Source: Ruminococcus albus 7 = DSM 20455
Lineage (GTDB): Bacteria > Bacillota > Clostridia > Oscillospirales > Ruminococcaceae
Length of the DNA stretch: 32,000 nt
Assembly: GCF_000179635.2 (NCBI RefSeq)
Contig: NC_014833.1
Location: 3,060,001 to 3,092,000, forward strand
Direction of reading: 5' to 3'
Shown here: positions 1-6,127 of the stretch, one piece after another
How the letters are laid out: each line of letters starts with the position of its first letter
Numbering within the stretch: position 1 is the stretch's first letter
Notes under the pieces: generated by a model
What the model saw: only the letters and a program-made list of their open reading frames with translations
What the model was told of the DNA's origin: nothing
Databases searched by the model: none
Program-made: the position numbers and the translations under genes

Positions 1-173
1 AGGAACTGATACAGGAACGATGGTCGGAGAATTTTCGATATACTTTTCACGAACTTTTCTTAGGCGGTTGTAATACGTGTTTGGCTTGATCCCTTTTTCT
101 TTGCACCATTCCCGGATCGTCAGACCGCTTGCCTGCTGTGCTTTGATCTGCGCAGACCATTCCTGAAGCTGCA
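1..173 (-). CDS. IS66-type accessory (Orf1/TnpA-like) HTH protein, N-terminal part; continues beyond the window start
   Basis: The minus-strand ATG at 173 gives MQLQEWSAQIKAQQASGLTIREWCKEKGIKPNTYYNRLRKVREKYIENSPTIVPVSVP... The W-x7-SGLT-x3-WC-x3-GI-x4-YY-x2-RK pattern is what I associate with IS66 helper ORFs. The strong RBS (AAGGAGGT) instead precedes an out-of-frame ATG at 215 that opens only a 30-codon frame, so the start or frame is uncertain. Confidence 0.4.
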
Positions 174-341
174 TTTCTTTTTGATTGTTGTGATGGATGT
201 TGTTTTGTCCATACCTGTTACCTCCTTGTCTAATCGTCTCCAATGAACTCCATGGATCAATTTGGATTATTCAATTTACTTCATGGTGTTCCTTGGAGTT
301 TATTATACTTTATTAGACTTCGGTGGGGTAGGTGCTGGGGG

Positions 342-974
342 TTATACGCTTACTTTGTCTATTATACTATTTGCTATATCTCCGAGTTTATCTTTTATCT
401 CTTGTTTCATCATTCTATCATATTTATCCTTGTGTACAAACAAATATCCTTCTGCATAAAGCATATCACGGTTTTCTTCCAAAATCCTCTTTACCTGTTC
501 TTCCTCATTATCATCTGTGGTATTACCTGCATTATCTCTGCGGCTTTTAGTTACGTGTATCAATTGCAGAACTTCTTCAAATTCCCCGTGAACTATCATG
601 TCACTCACAATGCTGAGATATATGTCATTAAGCTCACCAAAATCATTATAGTCTTTGTGCCAAATATGACGAAGTCTTTTTACAGCTGCTTCACTTAATC
701 CCGTATATTCACAGATCATTTGAATATCAGGGCTTTGGGCTTTTGTTTCACCGAGCAAATATTCATAGCTAACACCGAAATATTTATGATAAGCTTGAAG
801 CTGTTCGATTGTAGGCGGGTTCTTGCTTTTTTCTATATCTGAAATGGTTGAGTGTACTATATTTAGAGCTTTTGCTAGTTCCTTTTGTGTCAATCCTTTA
901 TCTGTTCTCAACCTTTTATAGTTTTCACCATAGTTATTACAAAACTCAAAATTCGGCTGCGGTTTATTTGCCAT
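342..974 (-). CDS. XRE (Cro/CI) family HTH transcriptional repressor, phage-type
   Basis: 210-aa ORF. LTQKELAKALNIVHSTISDIEKSKNPPTIEQLQAYHKYFGVSYEYLLGE is a classic XRE helix-turn-helix. RBS AAGGGAG lies upstream of the ATG. The gene is divergent from a + strand early operon, which is the repressor position. Confidence 0.85.
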   Translation of the reverse strand: MANKPQPNFEFCNNYGENYKRLRTDKGLTQKELAKALNIVHSTISDIEKSKNPPTIEQLQAYHKYFGVSYEYLLGETKAQSPDIQMICEYTGLSEAAVKRLRHIWHKDYNDFGELNDIYLSIVSDMIVHGEFEEVLQLIHVTKSRRDNAGNTTDDNEEEQVKRILEENRDMLYAEGYLFVHKDKYDRMMKQEIKDKLGDIANSIIDKVSV

Positions 975-1047
975 AAAATAACACTCCCTTGATTATTCTA
1001 AATCGAATTCATGATTTTAGTATAATTTAAAACATTTATGGAATCTC

Positions 1048-1076
1048 TTGCATTTTGCTGAAAAACCATGTATACT
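1048..1076 (+). promoter_or_regulatory. SigA-type promoter for the early (+) operon
   Basis: TTGCAT (1048-1053), 17-nt spacer, TATACT (1071-1076), with TG directly 5' of the -10. It lies in the repressor/early-operon divergent region. Confidence 0.4.
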
Positions 1077-1181
1077 ATAGTTAGCGATTAAGATAAACGA
1101 TAAGTAAAAATTTAGATTAATGATAGTTTACCACATTTTTAATCGCTTGTCAAGCTGTTTTTTAGGATTGGGGGTGAAACT

Positions 1182-1337
1182 ATGACCAAGCAGGAGCGTG
1201 AGCAGGTTAAACAGGTGCAGCGCGAGTATTACCGAGAATGGCGTGCACGAAACAAGGACAGGGTCAAAGCTGCAAATCAGCGTTACTGGCTGAAAAAGGC
1301 TCAGGAAGCTAAGCAGGAGCAAAAAGAGGGGGAATAA
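1182..1337 (+). CDS. Small basic helical protein (51 aa), first gene of the early operon
   Basis: Not in the supplied track because it is under 60 aa. ATG 1182 is preceded by GGGGGTGA. Translation is MTKQEREQVKQVQREYYREWRARNKDRVKAANQRYWLKKAQEAKQEQKEGE, stop TAA 1335-1337. It resembles small conserved ORFs at the head of early operons in Clostridia mobile elements (recollection, unverified). Confidence 0.5.
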   Translation: MTKQEREQVKQVQREYYREWRARNKDRVKAANQRYWLKKAQEAKQEQKEGE

Positions 1338-1497
1338 TTTTTATGCATGAAAAACCGCCCGAGTGCTGCGAACACTCAGGCGGCGGGCAGGTTCAAGCCT
1401 GCTGAAAACATAAGCATTTGGTTGTAGTATGCTCCATTGGTATTATAACATATATGGAGCGGGTTTGCAAGAATATCTTGCAGAAAGGGTTTTTACT

Positions 1498-1695
1498 ATG
1501 GAAAATATTTATACAAGACCGCTTCCAAAAATGCGGACTATAAAAGAAACTGCGGCGGAGCTTAATGTACCCGTTTACGCACTTCGTCAGTGGGTAAAGT
1601 CGGGGGAAGTTCCTGCCGTGTATGCAGGTAGAAAAGCTCTGCTCAATCTCGATCTAGTCATTAAGTTCCTGAACGGGGGTGAGGATAATGACTGA
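1498..1695 (+). CDS. Excisionase/AlpA-type (MerR-like) HTH DNA-binding protein
   Basis: Track ORF 1429..1695 trimmed to ATG 1498 (RBS AGAAAGGG). MRTIKETAAELNVPVYALRQWVKSGEVPAVYAGRKALLNLDLVIKFL is the typical Xis-type HTH. Confidence 0.7.
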   Translation: MENIYTRPLPKMRTIKETAAELNVPVYALRQWVKSGEVPAVYAGRKALLNLDLVIKFLNGGEDND

Positions 1696-2005
1696 TATCG
1701 AAAAGGCGCTTATATCCATCATCGGGCGCGGTGAACACAACGCTGTCAAGCAGTCCGAGATCACGCGGCTGACTGGTTTGTCCGATCGGGATACCCGTGC
1801 GATCATCGAACGCTTGCGGGCAGGTGGTATGGTGATCTGTTCAAGCAATGCAGGGCGGTTCTTCCCTGAGAGCATCGAGGAACTTGACAGCTACATCAAA
1901 CGGATTCAGGCGAGTGTCCGAGCTGAATGTATAGCTCTTGCGCCTGCAAGGCGGCTTTTGAAAGAATGGCAGCGAGAGGGGGGCTATCAGAATGGCAGAA
2001 CGTAG
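1688..2005 (+). CDS. Winged-helix DNA-binding protein (replication-module accessory)
   Basis: ATG 1688 is preceded by GGGGGTGAGGA. SEITRLTGLSDRDTRAIIERLRAGGMVICS looks like a wHTH. The ORF overlaps both the upstream stop and the downstream start, which indicates an operon. Confidence 0.55.
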   Translation: MTDIEKALISIIGRGEHNAVKQSEITRLTGLSDRDTRAIIERLRAGGMVICSSNAGRFFPESIEELDSYIKRIQASVRAECIALAPARRLLKEWQREGGYQNGRT

Positions 2006-2567
2006 GATGTTCAGTAAAACTATTGTCGATAGCGATCTTTTTCTTGAAATGCCACTTTCAGCTCAGTGTTTGTACTTCCACTTGTCGATGAGGGCAGATG
2101 ATGACGGATTTGTTAACAGTGTGCGGAAGATAATGCGCGTTGTAAACGCTTCTGACGATGATTTTAGGATTCTGGTCTCTAAGGGCTTTGTTCTTTTGTT
2201 TGAGAGTGGGGTCATCGTCATCAAGCATTGGCGCGTGCATAATTGTATCCAAAAAGACCGATATCGCCCGACTATTTATAGTACTGAAAAATCTCGCTTG
2301 TCTACGGACGGAAACAAGGTTTATTCATTGGATACGACTTGTTTACAACATGAATCCAATCTGGATACGCAATGTATACAAAACGTTGCCGATATGGATA
2401 CTCAGGATAGTTTAGGCAAGATCAGTTTAGGCTATGCGAGAGAAGAACAGGAAAGACAAGGTGAGGGAAGGAGTTTCGAGGAAACCCAAGCAGCGCTGCA
2501 GGCAGAGCTTCATGCTCAATTATTAGAGTCAAAAAAACGCATAGATCAGATAACACAGCAGGCTTGA
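1992..2567 (+). CDS. Phage replisome organizer (DnaD-like), N-terminal domain family
   Basis: MAERRMFSKTIVDSDLFLEMPLSAQCLYFHLSMRADDDGFVNSVRKIMR...VIKHWRVHN matches the conserved N-terminus of phage replisome organizer proteins. RBS GAGGGGGG. Confidence 0.8.
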   Translation: MAERRMFSKTIVDSDLFLEMPLSAQCLYFHLSMRADDDGFVNSVRKIMRVVNASDDDFRILVSKGFVLLFESGVIVIKHWRVHNCIQKDRYRPTIYSTEKSRLSTDGNKVYSLDTTCLQHESNLDTQCIQNVADMDTQDSLGKISLGYAREEQERQGEGRSFEETQAALQAELHAQLLESKKRIDQITQQA

Positions 2568-2604
2568 CCTGCTGTGCTATCTAAATAATAAGGAGCTGAT
2601 TATA

Positions 2605-2952
2605 ATGATAGACATTGCAACCCTTAATCAACGGATAGAAATACAGCAGCTGACCTCTGATAAAGATGATAGAGGAAATCCCGAGCAGGTCTGGACAACG
2701 ATATATAAACGCTGGGCATCTGCAAATGTTACGGGTACAGCATTTTACGATGCTAGGCAGGAGCTTGTCAAAGCTCAGGTTGAATTTGTAACTAGGTATA
2801 ATAAGCAGCTTGCTATGATCGACACGACTAAATATCGCATCATCTGGAAAGGTGATATCTATCACATTCTGTTCGTTGACAATTACAAGGGATTGAATGA
2901 GCAGCTAAACATAACTGCGGTATGTTACGATCAAAACGATTCACTGAGGTAG
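2605..2952 (+). CDS. Phage head closure / head-tail joining protein (SPP1 gp16-like)
   Basis: 115 aa with RBS AAGGAG. LNQRIEIQQLTSDKDDRGNPEQVWTTIYKRWASANVTGTAFYDARQ...VEFVTRYNKQL...YRIIWKGDIYHI follows the head-tail joining protein pattern (RIxIQ, D-x-G, W, VWA, RYR, YxI). Confidence 0.7.
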   Translation: MIDIATLNQRIEIQQLTSDKDDRGNPEQVWTTIYKRWASANVTGTAFYDARQELVKAQVEFVTRYNKQLAMIDTTKYRIIWKGDIYHILFVDNYKGLNEQLNITAVCYDQNDSLR

Positions 2953-3104
2953 CAGCGGGCTTAATGCTCATGAGAAGATACACCGAGATCATAACGCTTG
3001 TCAGATGCACACAGAACAACGCTGTGAGCTTCTACGGGCTTATGACTGAATGTTTCTCTACAATGCTAACGTCACACAGAGCTTATATGTAGGCTTATAA
3101 TGAA

Positions 3105-3146
3105 AGCAGGCTTGCGGTGTTGAACCGCAGGTCTGCTTTTGCTTTA
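3105..3146. terminator. Bidirectional rho-independent terminator
   Basis: 14-bp stem AGCAGGCTTGCGGT (3105-3118) / ACCGCAGGTCTGCT (3124-3137) with two G-U pairs and a 5-nt loop. It is followed by TTTTGCTTTATT on + and TTTCATTAT on -. It sits between the convergent phage module and the RHH operon. Confidence 0.6.
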
Positions 3147-3539
3147 TTCGCTCATCATATAATCGAAGTGTCTGCGGTATCTTTTCGGTATGTTTATACC
3201 CACCATAAAGCCCAGCTCTGAAAGTGCATCTGATATCACTGCAAAGCCGTCTTTGTAGAAAGCTGTTATTCTACGCTGCTTGTCTGCTATGCCCTTGTAA
3301 TCAGGCGGACAAACGAAAGTCCAGTCAGCGCCGTCCTCATCAAGCACAATTCGGAAATACTTGTCAATATCCGTACTCGGGAAGCCTGCTTTTGCAAGCA
3401 GTATGTGATGTTCCATAGCTTCATCTATCTGGCTGACTATTGCTGTTTTACCGTCAAAGGATATAAGCACAAGCAAAGGTTCTTTCTCGGATATAGCTGT
3501 GTTAACATCGTTCTCTGAGGGGTATTTGATTATGGTCAT
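3144..3539 (-). CDS. Hypothetical 131-aa protein, translationally coupled to the RHH gene (candidate effector/toxin)
   Basis: The ATG overlaps the stop of the upstream RHH gene (ATGA at 3536-3539). The ORF ends at the bidirectional terminator. I recognise no PIN, RelE/ParE, Doc, HicA or Fic motif. Confidence 0.7.
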   Translation of the reverse strand: MTIIKYPSENDVNTAISEKEPLLVLISFDGKTAIVSQIDEAMEHHILLAKAGFPSTDIDKYFRIVLDEDGADWTFVCPPDYKGIADKQRRITAFYKDGFAVISDALSELGFMVGINIPKRYRRHFDYMMSE

Positions 3540-3727
3540 TCGGTGTCACCGTCCTTTTTTATATCTTCTTTCAAGAGGTCATTAATAAGACCGTTCAAAC
3601 TCTTGCCTTTATTTTCTGCGTGTTGCTTGTATTCTTCTTTCATGCCCTTTGGAAATGTGGCGGTAAATCTATCATATTTTTCAGCAACATATTTATTCTG
3701 CCGTTTGATCTGCTTTTGCTTGTCCAC
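3536..3727 (-). CDS. Ribbon-helix-helix (Arc/CopG/MetJ-type) DNA-binding protein, antitoxin-like
   Basis: 63 aa with a GTG start preceded by GAGGTGA. RFTATFPKGMKEEYKQHAENKGKSLNGLINDLLKEDI fits the beta-strand/helix/helix RHH layout. Confidence 0.7.
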   Translation of the reverse strand: MDKQKQIKRQNKYVAEKYDRFTATFPKGMKEEYKQHAENKGKSLNGLINDLLKEDIKKDGDTE

Positions 3728-3795
3728 ACTATCACCTCACACTTAAATATATTATACTCGATTTTGAGATATTACACAATACATATTATTTACAA

Positions 3796-3807
3796 TATTA
3801 CGTAATA
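3796..3807. promoter_or_regulatory. Palindromic operator candidate, copy 1 (TATTACGTAATA)
   Basis: Perfect 12-bp palindrome in the divergent intergenic region. The same core recurs at 3843-3856. Confidence 0.5.
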
Positions 3808-3837
3808 CTAAAAATGATACTTTGTAAACTAATAATA

Positions 3838-3866
3838 TTGACGTATTACGTAATACTATGTATAAT
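3838..3866 (+). promoter_or_regulatory. Strong SigA-type promoter for the 3918..4211 ORF
   Basis: TTGACG (3838-3843), 17-nt spacer, TATAAT (3861-3866). Confidence 0.6.
3843..3856. promoter_or_regulatory. Palindromic operator candidate, copy 2 (GTATTACGTAATAC)
   Basis: Perfect 14-bp palindrome lying exactly in the spacer of the 3838-3866 promoter. Confidence 0.5.
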
Positions 3867-3917
3867 AAAATACATTAAATCACTTTTGACCATAAGATCA
3901 TGAAAGGAAGAATCATA

Positions 3918-4211
3918 ATGAACAGTACTGAAATTGCAAACGCCTACCATACTTTGATTTCAGACAGCGAACAAGCCAAAGCGTTAATTGAATCAATATG
4001 GGTATTGGGGAAAATGGATAACACCACAGACTTTGACCTGATATTGCAACCGTCTGAACTAAGAAAACCCGAAAACGATAATGCTTACGGAATTATATGC
4101 AGCATCATACAAAATCATAACACAGTATCAGGCTTATTAAGTATCTTATCTGATAAAATAGAGGAAATAGAAAGAACTGCTGAAATACTGGATAACTTCA
4201 CAGATCACTAG
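3918..4211 (+). CDS. Hypothetical 97-aa protein
   Basis: Track ORF 3900..4211 trimmed to ATG 3918 (RBS AAAGGAAG, 8-nt spacing). It lies downstream of the consensus promoter. No motif recognised. Confidence 0.55.
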   Translation: MNSTEIANAYHTLISDSEQAKALIESIWVLGKMDNTTDFDLILQPSELRKPENDNAYGIICSIIQNHNTVSGLLSILSDKIEEIERTAEILDNFTDH

Positions 4212-4314
4212 CCCTTAGACCGCATATAACATAATTATTCCCCCTTGACATTAACAGTTTGTCGGGGGGATTTCTCTATATATGAAAGGAAAATGCAGGA
4301 AAAAAGCCCGCTTT

Positions 4315-4363
4315 TTTTGATTAATTTTGATTTTTTTTGATTTATTTTACTAGGAAATCAAAA
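4315..4363. repeat. Helically phased iteron-like repeats
   Basis: TTTTGATT starts at 4315, 4325 and 4335 (exact 10-bp period). An inverted copy AATCAAAA is at 4356-4363, and a further TTTGATTTT is at 4402-4410. Confidence 0.5.
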
Positions 4364-4541
4364 TTTTGTACTATTTTAAAACTAAGGGGTTATATCCCCC
4401 CTTTGATTTTAAGATAATTCACACGTGAGCAGGCAACCGTTGTTTTGACCTTTTGTGAAGTTTTCAGATACCCCCTGCCCCTATGCTTACCAAATTACTC
4501 TGATAGCTTGAAATACTATTGTACAATAAATCGGATTTGTT

Positions 4542-4563
4542 TTTGGTCATTATTTGGTCATTA
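4542..4563. repeat. Perfect tandem duplication, 2 x TTTGGTCATTA
   Basis: 4542-4552 equals 4553-4563. Candidate recombinase arm-type site. Confidence 0.45.
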
Positions 4564-4650
4564 TAAGTGTCAAAAAATCCAATAAATTGTACTGCAAAAC
4601 GCTAAACGTTATTTATCACTAACACGCATAAAACTGCGTAAAATAGGGCT

Positions 4651-4669
4651 TTGCTTAACATTGCTTAAC
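4651..4669. repeat. Direct repeat, 2 x TTGCTTAAC with 10-bp period
   Basis: 4651-4659 and 4661-4669, about 25 bp from the tRNA-like core. Candidate arm-type or core-proximal recombinase sites. Confidence 0.45.
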
Positions 4670-4691
4670 GTCACTTTTCAAATCTCCGAGT

Positions 4692-4715
4692 GTTCAAGTC
4701 CCGTTTGCCGCACCA
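4692..4715 (+). other. tRNA 3'-end fragment (att-type core duplicate), not an intact tRNA gene
   Basis: GTTCAAGTCCCGTTTGCCGCACCA reads as T-loop, 3' T-stem, 3' acceptor strand, discriminator A and CCA. The preceding bases (GAGTG) cannot form the 5' T-stem. No GCGGCAA 5' acceptor strand occurs in the roughly 100 nt upstream that I checked. Confidence 0.5.
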
Positions 4716-4721
4716 AAACAA

Positions 4722-4754
4722 AACCTCGTAAACACGGCGTTTGCGAGGTTTTTT
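4722..4754 (+). terminator. Rho-independent terminator directly after the tRNA fragment
   Basis: 12-bp stem AACCTCGTAAAC (4722-4733) / GTTTGCGAGGTT (4739-4750) with one G-U pair and loop ACGGC. It is followed by TTTT (4751-4754). Confidence 0.7.
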
Positions 4755-5005
4755 CATGTCCAAAATCCAGGCTTGGACTTTATTCTGGACCTTATTGGGG
4801 AAAAACGCTATCGGGAGATTGCGCAGATGAGCGGTCTCCCGAATTTTGTTTGGGTGTTAGCTTGCTTCTTTTTTCTCTATGATCTCCGCCATAATAATGT
4901 TGTCGGTAGTTGACTTTGCTGGTGGGAGATAGTATAATGATATCATGAGTGAGGGTATACAACGAAGAATTAATCTGTGCATGTGAAAGATAAGGAGAAC
5001 ATTTT

Positions 5006-5484
5006 ATGGAGTACAATTTTTATGTTGAAAAGCCTATCGACAGAGATGAATTACACCAAAGTATAATAGACATATTAAAAGAGTTATCAAATAAAAACAG
5101 GTCGATGATGACGACGATATTATTGCATGTTATCCTCTTCTAATATTTATTTATGGTCCTGAATATGGAGCAGATTGTGTTAAGGAAGAATATGGATTCG
5201 AATTGAGCTGGGAATTAAGAGTTGATGTCTATTCAAAAAATGAAACTGATAATGAAGTTGAGAATTTAAGGTTTTTCTTTAAGGTAATTAATTATTTGGT
5301 TGAAAAGTTTGATATTGACATCTTTGTCTTAGCGGATACGGGTGGTACTTGGATAATGAAAAGTCTGGGAGAAATAAAGGAATTACGAGATACAGATATA
5401 TTTAATTATCCTTTTGAACTGCTAAAGTGTGCAGCGGATTTTGAACGCTGTGAAGCAGAAAGATTTGGTATGAATATTTTATAA
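5006..5484 (+). pseudogene. Frameshifted gene for a ~159-aa cytoplasmic protein (immunity-protein-like, family not recognised)
   Basis: RBS AAGGAGAA plus ATG 5006 opens MEYNFYVEKPIDRDELHQSIIDILKELSNKN..., which stops at 5141-5143. A second frame is open from 5095 (..VDDDDDIIACYPLLIFIYGPEYGADCVKEEYGFELSWELRVDVYSK.. to 5484). One extra A in the A5 run 5093-5097 would fuse the two. Confidence 0.5.
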
Positions 5485-5487
5485 AAG

Positions 5488-6036
5488 TTATACTTCTTCA
5501 GATATGATGACTTTTGAACACGGATTTGTATTCACCATGTCAAGCCTTATCGCATACTCGAATATGGATGAGATGAAAGATAAATGATGTCGCATGGTCT
5601 TTTGCGACAGCGGTTTTCCGTTCCGCTTGTTAGCACCGGGCTTTGCAAGACTGTTTATGAATTTCTGAATGTCCCGAGCAGTTATCTTGTCGATGCGAAG
5701 ATGTCCAAGCGCAGGGATGACCCTGTCCGCAATGAGATGTTCAAGCTGAAGTGTAGTACTGCGGTGATTGAGTTCAGCATACTCAGTCGCCCACATCTCA
5801 ATTACTTTCTGGAACTTTACAGCCGATGTTACCTGACCATGTGCGCACTCCTCCTCGAACAGCACAGCCAAGCGCTGTACCTCTTTCTCTGCCTGTTTAG
5901 CAGACATATTTTCGGGTGGTTTCCATGTCCTGAACCGAACCATCTGCTTTCCGTGAACATCATAACCACAGTATGCACGAATGCGGTATGAAGTGACTTC
6001 GCCTTTCTTGTTTTTACGTTTTTCAATGTACGCCAT
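5488..6036 (-). pseudogene. Tyrosine recombinase/integrase, N-terminal half only (arm-binding and core-binding domains); catalytic domain missing
   Basis: MAYIEKRKNKKGEVTSYRIRAYCGYDVHGKQMVRFRTWKPPENMSAKQAEKEVQRLAVLFEEEC and ..RIDKITARDIQKFINSL..LSQKTMRHHLSFISSIFEYAIRLDMVNTNPCSKV are typical of Firmicute phage/ICE integrase N-termini. The ORF stops after 182 aa, 3 nt from the convergent stop of 5006..5484. No R/HxxR/Y catalytic region follows. Confidence 0.75.
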
Positions 6037-6040
6037 GCTA

Positions 6041-6069
6041 TTGTAATCAGGATAATTTTATGATATAAT
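6041..6069 (+). promoter_or_regulatory. SigA-type promoter with extended -10 for the DUF4132 gene
   Basis: TTGTAA (6041-6046), 17-nt spacer, TATAAT (6064-6069), with TG at 6061-6062 (TGaTATAAT). It starts 5 bp from the integrase-remnant ATG. Confidence 0.5.
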
Positions 6070-6127
6070 GATTTGTATCATAAATATATGAGATCTGTTA
6101 TCAATATACTGAAAGGAATTGATATAT

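Noticed and set aside
174-215. Upstream ATG (215) with a strong RBS, considered as the true start of the IS66-like ORF
   Set aside because: That frame terminates after 30 codons. The conserved HTH sequence is in the frame that starts at ATG 173. A frameshift in the A-rich run is possible but cannot be resolved at the window edge.
1355-1383. Hairpin CCGCCCGAGTG/CACTCAGGCGG after the 51-aa ORF, considered as a terminator
   Set aside because: No U-tract follows, and the operon clearly continues with overlapping genes. It may be a regulatory or processing stem, but I cannot support calling it a terminator.
2973-3101. 42-codon ORF (MLMRRYTEIITLVRCTQNNAVSFYGLMTE...) after the head-closure gene, considered as the next morphogenesis gene
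   Set aside because: It is too short and ends before the terminator. At best it is the truncated 5' remnant of a lost downstream phage gene, so I did not call it a feature.
4640-4715. Possible intact tRNA (or tmRNA 3' end) ending in CCA
   Set aside because: Only the T-loop, 3' T-stem and 3' acceptor strand are present. The 5' T-stem bases do not pair. No complementary 5' acceptor strand, D-arm or anticodon arm can be drawn. I interpret it as an att duplicate instead.
4661-5016. Track ORFs 4661..4882 (+) and 4792..5016 (-)
   Set aside because: They span the tRNA fragment, the terminator hairpin and a promoter/RBS region. They have no RBS and junk-like composition.
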